A stretch of DNA of 64,000 bases from an uncultured Actinomycetota bacterium (lineage in GTDB: Bacteria; Actinomycetota; Actinomycetes; Actinomycetales; Microbacteriaceae): positions 2,156,693-2,220,692 of the forward strand of contig OY969722.1 of assembly GCA_963702165.1 (NCBI GenBank), read 5' to 3'. The notes beneath the pieces were generated by a model, which had not been told where the DNA came from, searched no databases, and saw only the letters and a program-made list of their open reading frames with translations. Within the stretch, counting starts at the first letter, position 1. Each line of letters begins with the position of its first letter. The translations under genes and the position numbers were made by a program. Below are positions 10,281 to 19,299 of this stretch, piece by piece.

Positions 10281-10704
10281 TGATGATCGTTCCCGTCGGG
10301 CGCGCGGAAGCTGTGTCTTCCGCGAGCCGATCGGCCGCCTCATGCCAGCTGAGGCGCAGCGGCTCGAGGAGCTCTGCGCAGGTCCGAGTGGCCATGGCGT
10401 CGCGGTGCATGTTGGCGTGCACGAGGGAGCTGGAGACAAAGTTGTACAGTCCGAGCAGCCCCTGCGCGCCGTCCCACACATCGAGACGGAGCGACGAGGT
10501 CAGCTCGGCCACGATGGCCTGCGCGTGCAGCAGGTTCTCGGATGCTGCCTGCCAGTCCTCCGCCAGCTGCGCGGTCTGGGCGCGGTGCAGGTCGAGCAGC
10601 AGCCGGTCGTAGAGCATAGTCAGCAGTCGCGCCGGACTGGCCGACAGGATCGCCTCCCGGTTGTACCGCGAGCGCAGCTGCTCGCCTGCGACGTTCACGC
10701 TCAT
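10273..10704 (-). CDS. fliS: Flagellin chaperone FliS
   Basis: ILSASPARLLTMLYDRL...LHAQAIVAEL...LLGLYNF...LEPLRLSW. Confidence 0.92.
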   Translation of the reverse strand: MSVNVAGEQLRSRYNREAILSASPARLLTMLYDRLLLDLHRAQTAQLAEDWQAASENLLHAQAIVAELTSSLRLDVWDGAQGLLGLYNFVSSSLVHANMHRDAMATRTCAELLEPLRLSWHEAADRLAEDTASARPTGTIIIA

Positions 10705-12047
10705 GACGCGCTCTTCATCTTCGGCAGGCTGTTCACCTGGGAGGCGAGCCACGCCGACTGGGCGTTCATGGTGCTCAGCTGCACCTCGAGGGCGGCGTAG
10801 GTGCGCTCGAGTGTCGCGCGGCGGGTCGCGAGCCTGGTGTCCCAGTTGTCGATCTGGTTGCTCAATTGGCCGACGAGGGATTCCTGCCCGGTGATCTTGG
10901 TGGTCAGCAGGCCGTCGAAGCGGTCGGATGCCTGGTCCGCGGCATCCGCGACCCGTGCGGCGAGCTGCTGAACGATGTTCGTGGTGCGCGCCGGATCCTT
11001 CTCGAGCGCAGCGGCGAACCGTTCCTCGTCGAATTCGAGTACACCCTCCTTGGTCAGGCTGATCCCGATCGTCGACGGGGACAGGCCGTCCACGGGAAGC
11101 GTCGCGGCGCTCACGAGCCACTGGTTCACCGCGCGAATGCCGCTGTCTCCGGTGAACGGGCCGCTGCCGACCACGGGCTTGCCATTGCTGCCGGTCGTTG
11201 AGGTGACCGCGGACCTCGCTGCGATCTCGGCGAGCGCGGCCGCGATGGAGCCGACGAACTTCCCCGTCGCCTCACCGATCGCGGCGTCGTCGCGCTGCAC
11301 CGTGATGGTGACCGGGGTGGCGGATGCCTCACCGACGGTCACGTCAACGCCGGGCAGGAGCCCGGTGAAGGTGTTGCTCGAGGACGTGATCACCTGCTCG
11401 GCCGCGGTGCCAGCCCACAACTTGAGCTGCGCATCCTGGGCACTCACGATGTCGGTCACGGTCGCGGCGGTTCCGCCGATGCTGAACGCCCCGGCCGTTC
11501 CGGGTTCGGTGGCGGTGAACTGCACGCGGAACAGCGGATCGCCAGTCACCGCGTCAGTGCCGGCCGCCACCTTCATCGCGCTGACTCCGGCGTTGGCCTT
11601 GTTGACCGCGGAGACGATGTCATCCAGCGAGTCGGATGCCGCCGTGACGGTCACCGGGTCGGCTGAGCCCACGGTGATGGTCAGCGCGGTGTCCGGCCAG
11701 GCGCCGATCCGCTCGGACAGCGAGATCTGCCGCGCGCTGAGCTGGTCGACGACGATGCTCGTCTCGCCCGCGGCTGCGGAGCGGCCGGCGGTCGCGGTCA
11801 CCCTGTCAGAACTGGAGGTGGTGCGCAGCAGGTCGAGGGCGGCGGGCTTGGCGGTGTCTTTCGCGAGCGTGCCGAGGGCGGCGATCTTGGTGTTGAGGCT
11901 CTTGAGCGCGGCGATCATGCCGTTCGTGGCGCTGACCTTGCGCTTCAGGAGCGTCTGCGGAGCAGCCTCAAGCTGCATGAGGGAGTTGATGAGCGAGGTG
12001 GTGTCGAGCCCGCTGGCGAGGCCGTCAATCGAAAGTGCCATGCTCAT
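10701..12047 (-). CDS. fliD: Flagellar filament cap FliD
   Basis: IDGLASGLDTTSLINSLMQLE; AQDAQL...SSSNTF; C-term YAALEVQLSTMNAQ. Confidence 0.95.
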   Translation of the reverse strand: MSMALSIDGLASGLDTTSLINSLMQLEAAPQTLLKRKVSATNGMIAALKSLNTKIAALGTLAKDTAKPAALDLLRTTSSSDRVTATAGRSAAAGETSIVVDQLSARQISLSERIGAWPDTALTITVGSADPVTVTAASDSLDDIVSAVNKANAGVSAMKVAAGTDAVTGDPLFRVQFTATEPGTAGAFSIGGTAATVTDIVSAQDAQLKLWAGTAAEQVITSSSNTFTGLLPGVDVTVGEASATPVTITVQRDDAAIGEATGKFVGSIAAALAEIAARSAVTSTTGSNGKPVVGSGPFTGDSGIRAVNQWLVSAATLPVDGLSPSTIGISLTKEGVLEFDEERFAAALEKDPARTTNIVQQLAARVADAADQASDRFDGLLTTKITGQESLVGQLSNQIDNWDTRLATRRATLERTYAALEVQLSTMNAQSAWLASQVNSLPKMKSAS

Positions 12048-12074
12048 CCGTCCCTACTCGTGTGAGATTCGAAA

Positions 12075-12128
12075 CGCCCGGGACGACCGAAGCGAGAGGT
12101 CCAGTTCCCCTTCGGCCGTCCCGGGCGT
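12075..12128 (-). terminator. GC hairpin after fliC (terminator or processing site)
   Basis: ACGCCCGGGACG...CGTCCCGGGCGT inverted repeat followed by TTCG on the minus strand. Confidence 0.65.
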
Positions 12129-12137
12129 GGTCAGTGC

Positions 12138-12971
12138 TTAGCCCAGGAGCTGCAGCACGCCCTGGTTCGACGCGTTTGCCTGGGCGAGCATCGCGGTGCC
12201 CGCCTGCGACAGGATGTTCGAACGGGTGTAGTTGACCATCTCCTGCGCCATGTCCGTGTCGCGGATGCGCGACTCGGCTGCCGAGAGGTTCTCCTTCGAC
12301 ACGTTGAGGCTGTTGATGGTCGACTCGAAGCGGTTCTGCACCGCACCGAGGTCGGCGCGAGCAGTGGAGATCGTCTTGATCTGCGCGTCGATCGCGGTGA
12401 TGCTGGCCGCGGCGTTTGCTGCGGTGTCGAAGGTCAGCGCAGCGGTCGCGGTGCCCACTGCCGTGGCGTTCGCGTTCGTCATGTTGACCACGATCTGGTC
12501 CTCAGCGGCAACTCCACCGGCACCGACGTGGAACGTGAGCGCAGTGGCGGTTCCGTCGAGCAGCTTGATGCCGTTGAAGTTGGTCGACGCACCGATACGG
12601 GTGAGCTCGGCCGAGAGAGTGTCCGACTCGGTCTTGATCGCGGCACGCGAGTCAGCGTTGTTCGAGTCGTTACCGGCCTGGACAGCGAGGTCACGCATGC
12701 GCTGCAGGATCGAGTGAACCTCGGTCAGGGCGCCTTCCGCGGTCTGGATGACCGAGATGCCGTCCTGGGCGTTGCGGGCTGCAACGTTGAGGCCGCCGAT
12801 CTGCGAACGCAGACCCTCGGAGATCGCGAGGCCCGCTGCGTCATCCGCTGCGCGGTTGATGCGGAGACCACTGGACAGCTTCTCCAGCGACTTCGAGAGG
12901 TCGTTCTGCGTGTTGGACAGGTTGCGGTACGCGTTGAGCGCCGCAACGTTGGTGTTGATCTGCATACCCAT
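12138..12971 (-). CDS. fliC: Flagellin (short, about 277 aa)
   Basis: MQINTNVAALNAYRNL...LSSGLRINRAADDAAGLAISE...SRIRDTDMAQEM...QGVLQLLG; GGAGG RBS. Confidence 0.97.
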   Translation of the reverse strand: MGMQINTNVAALNAYRNLSNTQNDLSKSLEKLSSGLRINRAADDAAGLAISEGLRSQIGGLNVAARNAQDGISVIQTAEGALTEVHSILQRMRDLAVQAGNDSNNADSRAAIKTESDTLSAELTRIGASTNFNGIKLLDGTATALTFHVGAGGVAAEDQIVVNMTNANATAVGTATAALTFDTAANAAASITAIDAQIKTISTARADLGAVQNRFESTINSLNVSKENLSAAESRIRDTDMAQEMVNYTRSNILSQAGTAMLAQANASNQGVLQLLG

Positions 12972-13006
12972 GTTGGTTTCCTCCGTGATCTGGGTGTTGG
13001 TGCCGA

Positions 13007-13026
13007 ACAGCCCGTCCATGGGCTGT
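13007..13026 (-). promoter_or_regulatory. Putative CsrA-binding hairpin in the flagellin leader
   Basis: ACAGCCC-ATGGAC-GGGCTGT stem-loop, plus a second ACGGAGG site on the RBS; fliW present in the cluster. Confidence 0.72.
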
Positions 13027-13035
13027 CGCGAGAAG

Positions 13036-13062
13036 CTATCGGCCGCGCCGCGGCATCCGTTA
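13036..13062 (-). promoter_or_regulatory. sigma28-type promoter of fliC
   Basis: TAAC-N15-GCCGATAG on minus strand. Confidence 0.85.
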
Positions 13063-13066
13063 GGTG

Positions 13067-13130
13067 AATCGAGTCGGGAGATTTTCCCGGCATCGCCTCG
13101 CTCAAAGCGGGCAATGGTCCCGACTCGATT
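13067..13130. repeat. REP/REPIN-like hairpin element, family B copy 1
   Basis: AATCGAGTCGGGA...TCCCGACTCGATT; same arms at 36335-36395. Confidence 0.75.
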
Positions 13131-13136
13131 GGGGGA

Positions 13137-13961
13137 TCAGGACGCGGCGGTGCTGCCGGCGATCAGCGGGCTTTTCGCCATCCGGCTCATGCCCGCGGCC
13201 GCGCGGTCGGCGAGCCGGCCGAGGTACGCGCTGCGACTCGACACGGCAATGCGCGACTCCAGCTCGACCTCACCCGGCCCATCTGGATAGTGCGTGCGCA
13301 GTCCGTCACGAAGCAGTCGGATGGCCTCGGTGCGCTGCTGGGAGACCGCGGAGTGGGTGATCCCGAGTTCCGCCGCGACGTCCCCGACCGAGCGGTCCTC
13401 GAAATAGACCTCGCGCACGATATGCCGCATCTTCGGCGGGAGCGCCTCGATCGCGGCATGAAGGTAGGCGATTCGCTCGTCGTGCAAGAGCGAGTCCTCC
13501 GGCAGCACGGTTTCGGCTTCCAGGAACTCCGCGGTCAGGTCGTCGAGCGGCGAGACGGTCCGGGATGCGTCGGCAACTGCCTCGGAAGCGCTCTTGCGAT
13601 CGACACCCATGGCCGCCGCCAGCTCGTCGAGGCTGGGCGAGCGGCCCAGCGCTGCAGTGAGCGACTCCTGAACAGCGAGGGTCTCCTTGATCCGCTTCCT
13701 GGCGGAACGCGTTGCCCAGTCGGTTGCCCGCATCTCGTCGGCGAAGGCGCCGAGCACACGCTGCCGAGCGTATGCGCCAAACGGAACGCCGAGTTCAGGG
13801 TTGAAGGAATCGGCGGCGGAGATCAGGCCCAGTGCGCCGGCGGATGCGAGGTCATCGCGAGAGAGGTGAGTGGCTTTTGCCACCAGTTCGGAGACGAGAT
13901 AGCCCACCAACGGCAGGTTCTCGACCACCAGCTTGTTGCGCTCGTTGCGGTTCAACGGCAA
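13137..13961 (-). CDS. fliA: FliA/WhiG family RNA polymerase sigma factor
   Basis: LVVENLPLV, DLASAGALGL, PFGAYARQR, DEMRATDW, C-terminal HTH VAAELGITHSAVSQ; TTG start (13961 or 13955). Confidence 0.9.
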   Translation of the reverse strand: MPLNRNERNKLVVENLPLVGYLVSELVAKATHLSRDDLASAGALGLISAADSFNPELGVPFGAYARQRVLGAFADEMRATDWATRSARKRIKETLAVQESLTAALGRSPSLDELAAAMGVDRKSASEAVADASRTVSPLDDLTAEFLEAETVLPEDSLLHDERIAYLHAAIEALPPKMRHIVREVYFEDRSVGDVAAELGITHSAVSQQRTEAIRLLRDGLRTHYPDGPGEVELESRIAVSSRSAYLGRLADRAAAGMSRMAKSPLIAGSTAAS

Positions 13962-14280
13962 GACCCCCGTCTAAGACGAATTCGGAAACTGATTCGAAGG
14001 CGGGTAAGCGCGTGGTTGTTGAGTTGATCAAGCGGGCGGTCGATCGTTGGACCTGGGTGGCATGTTTCGGGTGCCGGGTGCGTCGGGAGCGATGCGGCGC
14101 GGTCGTGTTGCAACCATCGTCACTCCTGTCGGGCGGACTGGTCTGTTCAGTCCGCCTGTCAGTGACACTTTCACTGCTTTTGTGCGCAAAACAAAGCACC
14201 GTTCTCCCCCAGTTCGGGGGAACGTATCCCTCTTTTTGGGGGAGACAGGAGGGTCCGAAAGACTCGGATCGAGCGACCGC

Positions 14281-14307
14281 TAACCGTTGTTCGCGCCCGG
14301 TCGACAG
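14281..14307 (+). promoter_or_regulatory. sigma28-type promoter of flgN-flgK-flgL-fliW
   Basis: TAAC-N15-GTCGACAG. Confidence 0.65.
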
Positions 14308-14387
14308 TTCCCTCTGGAAGCGAGTCGACCCCAGTCGCAAGGGATCCGACGATACGCTGACACGACCCGGCTGACTTGGAGGCATGC

Positions 14388-14873
14388 GTGAGCGCAAACG
14401 ACGTTTCGGCGCTGCTGTGGCGCGAACGCGAACTGCTCGAGATGCTGCTGTTCAAGCTTGAGGAAGAGCAGTTGCTCCTCACCGCAGGTAAGACCCGGTG
14501 GCTGCAACACGCGACCCGCGAGGTGGAGCAGGTTCTCGACCGGCTGCGCGCCGCCGGCCTGACCCGCACGATCGAGGTCTCCGCGCTCGCCCAGGAGTGG
14601 GGCGCGCGGGAGGATGCGACCCTGCGTGACCTGGTCGCCGCCGCACCTGAGGGCACCTGGGCCGAAATCTTCCATGGCCACCTGAGCGCGATGACCGAGC
14701 TCGCAGCGCAGATCAAGGAGGTCAGGGACGGGAACGAGCGGCACCTGAGGGCGGCCGTGCGGTCGACTCAGGAGACGATCGCCGACCTCAACCCCGATGC
14801 CGGCATCTACTCCGCCGACGGTGCAAGCTCAGCCTCCATCGGCACCGCGAACCTGGTCGACACGAGTCTGTGA
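14388..14873 (+). CDS. flgN: Flagellar chaperone FlgN
   Basis: LWRERELLEMLLFKLEEEQLLL; upstream of flgK; GGAGG RBS before GTG. Confidence 0.85.
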   Translation: MSANDVSALLWRERELLEMLLFKLEEEQLLLTAGKTRWLQHATREVEQVLDRLRAAGLTRTIEVSALAQEWGAREDATLRDLVAAAPEGTWAEIFHGHLSAMTELAAQIKEVRDGNERHLRAAVRSTQETIADLNPDAGIYSADGASSASIGTANLVDTSL

Positions 14874-14883
14874 GGAACACCCC

Positions 14884-16308
14884 GTGAGTACGTTCAGCGG
14901 CCTGTCGACGGCCTATTCCGGACTTTCCGCGGCACGCGCGGGACTGGATGTCGTCGCGCAGAACATCGTCAACGCCAACACCGACGGCTACACGCGCCAG
15001 CGCATCTCCACCTCGGCGGTGGGTCCGGTCGCCGAGACCGGGCTGCTGACCACGGTCGGACGGGCGGGGCAGGGCGTCACGGTCGACGGGATCACCCGCA
15101 TCGGCAACATCTTCCTCGACGCGCGAGTGCGTGGCACCTCAGCGGCATCCGGCTACTGGGCCGTTCGCGACACCGCCATGTCGAAGCTCGAGGCCGCACT
15201 GCAGGAGCCGGGGCCACACGGTCTCTCCGCGCAATTGGGCGAGTTCTGGTCGGCGTGGCAGGATCTCGGCAACCGGGCCGGCGAGCCGGCCTCGGCTGGA
15301 GTCCTCCTCGAGCACTCCGGCGTGCTGACATCCGGAATCGCCCGCGCTTACCGCAACGTCGAGGGCCAGTGGGCTCAGCTTCGAGCGGAAGCCGACGGCA
15401 TGGTCGCCGACCTGAACGAGGCGGGCGCACGTGTCGCCGACCTGAACGTGCGCATCCGGGCGGGACTCGCCACGGGCGCCAACGTGAACGAGCTGCTCGA
15501 CCAGCGCAGTGCGCTGACCACCTCGATCGCCGAACTCGCCGGCGGCACCGTGCGCGACACTGGCGACGGCACGGTCGAGGTCCTGATCGGCGGCAACGCC
15601 CTCGTCTCTGGCGACCGCTTCCGCGCGGTGCAGGTGGCGGGCGGCTACCGGATGGAAGACGCCGCGAGCTCACCGGTGCGGCTGGAGTGGACACACCGGT
15701 CCGGTGAAGCCGTCGCCCTCGACGCCGGTCGGATCGGCGGCGCGGTCGCGATGCTCGCAGCCGCGGACGGAGCGGGAACCGGCGGACCGCTCGCCGAGGC
15801 AGCAGCCTCGTACAACGCGTTCGCAACCCAGCTGGCTGACGCCGTCAATCAGGTGCACCGCACGGGCGAAACCGTCTCCGGCGCCACCGGCCTCGACTTC
15901 TTCGCGTTCGACGCAACGCTGCCAGCGGCGCTCGGGATGCGCGTGGTGCCCACCGACGTGAACGGCATCGCCGCCGCATTACCAGGAGCGGGCGCTCTCG
16001 ACGGCGGCATCGCCGACAGGATCGGACAATTGGGCGTCGGACCAGGTTCACCCGACTCTCTGTGGTCGACGATCGTCACCGGGATCGGCGTTGCCAGCCG
16101 CAGCGCCGCGACCCAGTCGGCGTTGGCCGATGTGGCGAACAACGCGGCCTGGACCGCCCAGCAGTCCCAGGCCGGGGTCGACCTGGACGAGGAGAACGTC
16201 AACCTGCTCACCTTCCAGGTCGCCTACCAGGGCGCAGCTCGTGTCATCACCGCTGTCGACGAGCTGCTCGACACGCTGATCAACCGCACCGGCATCGTCG
16301 GGAGGTAG
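14884..16308 (+). CDS. flgK: Hook-associated protein FlgK
   Basis: GLDVVAQNIVNANTDGYTRQR; GVDLDEENVNLLTFQVAYQGAARVI. Confidence 0.95.
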   Translation: MSTFSGLSTAYSGLSAARAGLDVVAQNIVNANTDGYTRQRISTSAVGPVAETGLLTTVGRAGQGVTVDGITRIGNIFLDARVRGTSAASGYWAVRDTAMSKLEAALQEPGPHGLSAQLGEFWSAWQDLGNRAGEPASAGVLLEHSGVLTSGIARAYRNVEGQWAQLRAEADGMVADLNEAGARVADLNVRIRAGLATGANVNELLDQRSALTTSIAELAGGTVRDTGDGTVEVLIGGNALVSGDRFRAVQVAGGYRMEDAASSPVRLEWTHRSGEAVALDAGRIGGAVAMLAAADGAGTGGPLAEAAASYNAFATQLADAVNQVHRTGETVSGATGLDFFAFDATLPAALGMRVVPTDVNGIAAALPGAGALDGGIADRIGQLGVGPGSPDSLWSTIVTGIGVASRSAATQSALADVANNAAWTAQQSQAGVDLDEENVNLLTFQVAYQGAARVITAVDELLDTLINRTGIVGR

Positions 16309-16311
16309 CGG

Positions 16312-17196
16312 ATGATCTCCCGGACAACCAGCCAGAGCCTCGTGCGCAGCGCCCAGCACAACCTGCAGGCGAGCATGTCGGCGCTCGCGAAGCTGCAGGA
16401 CCAGGCATCCAGCCGCAAGGCCATCACGCGACCATCGGATGACCCGACCGCTACCGCGCAGGCGCTGCAGGTGCGTGCAGAACAGCGGGCAACCAGCCAG
16501 TACAGCCGGAACATTGCCGACGGCACGGGCTGGCTGACGACGGTCGACTCCACTCTCAGCGCGACCACGGGCATCCTGAACCGCGTGCGCGACCTCACCG
16601 TGCGCGGCGCGAACGAGGGGGCGATGTCGCCGACAGCGCTCGAGGCGATCGCCGTCGAGCTCGACAACATGCGCGCCGAACTGCTCACGCAGGCGAACAC
16701 GACCTACCTCGGCCGAAGCGTCTTCGCGGGGAATTCGAATGCTCCCACGGCGTTCAACCCCGACTACAGCTACACCGGCGCCGCCGGGAGCACCGTCGAA
16801 CGTCGCATCGATGCCAACAACACGGTCCGGGTGGACGGCGATGGAGCCGCCGTCTTCGGTGTCGGCGCCGGCTCCGTTTTCGCGCTCGTCGACGCCATCG
16901 CGGCCGACTTGCGGTCCGGTGTCAACGTCGGCCCCCGCCTGCAGGAGATCGATGACAGGCTTACGGCGATGCTGGGCGAGCAAGCCGCGGTCGGAACACG
17001 TCACGCCCAGATGCAGTCCGCTGAGGAGTCGAACATGGAACAGTCGGTCGCGCTCGAAGCGCAGAGGTCGGGCGTGGAGGACGTCGACCTCGCGGGGATC
17101 ATCCTCGAGTTGAAGCTGCAGGAAGTGGCGTACCAGTCGGCCCTCGCGGTCACTGCGCGCGCACTGCAGCCCTCACTGATGGACTTCCTGCGATGA
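16312..17196 (+). CDS. flgL: Hook-associated protein FlgL
   Basis: ITRPSDDP, ANTTYLGRSVFAG, EDVDLA...AYQSAL...SLMDFLR. Confidence 0.95.
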   Translation: MISRTTSQSLVRSAQHNLQASMSALAKLQDQASSRKAITRPSDDPTATAQALQVRAEQRATSQYSRNIADGTGWLTTVDSTLSATTGILNRVRDLTVRGANEGAMSPTALEAIAVELDNMRAELLTQANTTYLGRSVFAGNSNAPTAFNPDYSYTGAAGSTVERRIDANNTVRVDGDGAAVFGVGAGSVFALVDAIAADLRSGVNVGPRLQEIDDRLTAMLGEQAAVGTRHAQMQSAEESNMEQSVALEAQRSGVEDVDLAGIILELKLQEVAYQSALAVTARALQPSLMDFLR

Positions 17197-17570
17197 CCGC
17201 GTCGCTGACCTTCATCGAGTCTCCGCCCGGATTCGACTCGCTGGTCGACTTCGCCCTCGACGATGTCGCTGGGGCGCCAGGGCTGTTCGTGCTCCGGCCT
17301 GACGCCGAGAGCGGCATCCGGATGTTCGTGATCGATGCCTCCCTGTACCTGCCGGATTATGCGCCGGTCCTCTCGGACACTCAAGCGGCAGCGCTCGAGC
17401 TGACGCGGGCCGAGGATGCGCTGCTGCTGGTCGTGGCGAATCCCGCCGCTGACGGCACGACGGTCAACCTGATGGCGCCGATCGTCGTGAACTCGACCAC
17501 CGGTCGCTGCGCCCAGGTGATCCTGGACGATGCGGTGTGGCCGCTGCGTGCTCCGTTGCGCGCTGCCTGA
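17193..17570 (+). CDS. fliW: Flagellar assembly factor FliW (CsrA antagonist)
   Basis: PPGF...PDYAP...TVNLMAPIVVNSTTGRCAQVIL. Confidence 0.9.
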   Translation: MTASLTFIESPPGFDSLVDFALDDVAGAPGLFVLRPDAESGIRMFVIDASLYLPDYAPVLSDTQAAALELTRAEDALLLVVANPAADGTTVNLMAPIVVNSTTGRCAQVILDDAVWPLRAPLRAA

Positions 17571-17593
17571 GTCCTGGCTGGAAGAATCGGTTC

Positions 17594-18100
17594 ATGACCG
17601 ATTCCCGCACCCCGGCAGCTGAGCCGGATCTGGCCGCAGCGGCCGCGATGTGGGCCGCCTACGCACACGCGCATCCGGATGCCGTCCGCGGCCAGGACTA
17701 CACGGTCGATCGGTTCGGGGACTCAGCCGAGCTCGCGGACCTGCTGCTGCGTCAGGTCACCCACGGCCCGAAGCGCGCCACGTCGACGCTTGTGGCCGAC
17801 TTTGCCGCCGAAGGCGAGGAGCCGCCCCGCATCGGGTCCCACTGGGTCGCCTGTGATGGCGCCGGAATGCCGCGTGCGATCCTCCGGACCCTCGAGCTGC
17901 GTATCGGCGATTTCGGCAGCGCAGACGGTCGGCACGCGTTCGATGAGGGCGAGGACGACCGTTCGCTGGAGAGCTGGCGGGCGGAGCACCGCCGGTACTG
18001 GCAGCGCACGAGCGCTGCGCGCGGGGCGAGCTGGTCGGAGGCCGACGAGATCGTGTTCGAGCGCTTCGCGGTGGTCTGGCCCCCCGAACTCGCCGACTGA
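17594..18100 (+). CDS. ASCH domain protein
   Basis: FGDSAELAD...GPKRATST...AFDEGEDDRSLESWRAEH. Confidence 0.88.
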   Translation: MTDSRTPAAEPDLAAAAAMWAAYAHAHPDAVRGQDYTVDRFGDSAELADLLLRQVTHGPKRATSTLVADFAAEGEEPPRIGSHWVACDGAGMPRAILRTLELRIGDFGSADGRHAFDEGEDDRSLESWRAEHRRYWQRTSAARGASWSEADEIVFERFAVVWPPELAD

Positions 18101-18190
18101 TTAACCCGTCTCAAGGAGATTTGGGCGCCGGCCCGCCTTCTGCCCGGTCGAAGTGGGCCCAGCCTGACGGATCTCCTTGAAATGGGTTAA
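18101..18190. repeat. MITE/REPIN-like hairpin element, family A copy 1
   Basis: TTAACCCGTCTCAAGGAGAT-50 nt-ATCTCCTTGAAATGGGTTAA. Confidence 0.8.
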
Positions 18191-19161
18191 TTGGTGGCGA
18201 GGAGCGCGATGAGCTCGAGCTCCTCGTCGCGGGTCAGCCCCGACCGGCGCGGCCGGTCCAGCCCGCGCTGCCGCTCGTCGGCGAGGGTGCGCTCGATGGT
18301 CTCCCGCAGCGGTCTGGGGTCTCCCCCGGCCGCCAGGAACGCCGATGCGTCGCGCCTGGCGAATCCGGCATCGGATGCGGGCAGCCAGAGCGGCAGGGAT
18401 CTCGGCCCCGCCCAGTAGTTCACGCCGTGGTCGGTGAGCCACGCATCCTCCGCCCGGACCAGCTCGCCTGTGTGCCCTGCCAGCTCAGCGGAGAGCTGCA
18501 GCACCTCGGTCAGCGGATGCTCGCGTCCGGTCACGTTGAAGGCACCCGTCACCCCGGCGCCACCGGCACGCACGAGCCAGGCCGCAGCATCCGAGACATC
18601 GATCACCTGCGCCATCCGGTCGTCGCCGTGCGGCACGAGCACCGGAGAACCGCCGGCGAGCGCGAACCGCGACGACCAGTATCCGAAGCGGTCGCTGCGG
18701 TCGCCCGGCCCGACGATCAGCCCGAGGCGGGCGATCAGGAGGCGATCGCCCAGCGCCGCGGCCGACGCCTCCTCGGCCGCGACCTTCAGTCGTCCGTAGT
18801 CCTCGCCGGGACCGCTCAACAGCTCGGCAGACTCGTCCGCACCGGGTTCGTCATTGCGCGCGTACACCGAGAGCGACGACACCAGGGTCCAATGCCGCGC
18901 GCGGGCGGCCAGCGCCGCGAGCGCATCAGCCACGAACTGGCGCTCGTAGGAGATCTCGACGACTTCGTCCCACTCGTACGCGCCGACATCGTCGTACGCG
19001 CTGCGGTGGGTGCGGTCGGCGACGATCAAGCGTGCGCCGGATGGCACGGCGCCCGATTCCCCGCGAGCAAGACAGGTGACGCGGTGGCCGGCTTTCACCG
19101 CCAGTTGGGCGATCTCGTGCCCGAGGAAGCCGGTGCCGCCGAGGATGAGGACGTCAGCCAT
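18187..19161 (-). CDS. NAD-dependent epimerase/dehydratase family protein
   Basis: ILGGTGFLG Rossmann motif, SSLSVY, YGRLK. Confidence 0.88.
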   Translation of the reverse strand: MADVLILGGTGFLGHEIAQLAVKAGHRVTCLARGESGAVPSGARLIVADRTHRSAYDDVGAYEWDEVVEISYERQFVADALAALAARARHWTLVSSLSVYARNDEPGADESAELLSGPGEDYGRLKVAAEEASAAALGDRLLIARLGLIVGPGDRSDRFGYWSSRFALAGGSPVLVPHGDDRMAQVIDVSDAAAWLVRAGGAGVTGAFNVTGREHPLTEVLQLSAELAGHTGELVRAEDAWLTDHGVNYWAGPRSLPLWLPASDAGFARRDASAFLAAGGDPRPLRETIERTLADERQRGLDRPRRSGLTRDEELELIALLATN

Positions 19162-19299
19162 GAGCGACAGTCAACCGGCAACCGCCGGTCTCACGCATCC
19201 GGTTTCGCTGGAGGCGAAGCCTCGGTCGGTAAACTGGCGGCAGGTGCGCCGGGAAGTCTGGTCGGCAATGAGATCGCCGACCCCACCCAAAGGCACCTT

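Noticed and set aside
13962-14380. c-di-GMP riboswitch in the fliA/flgN gap
   Set aside because: Could not recognise the class I or II conserved core by eye; an Rfam scan would be needed
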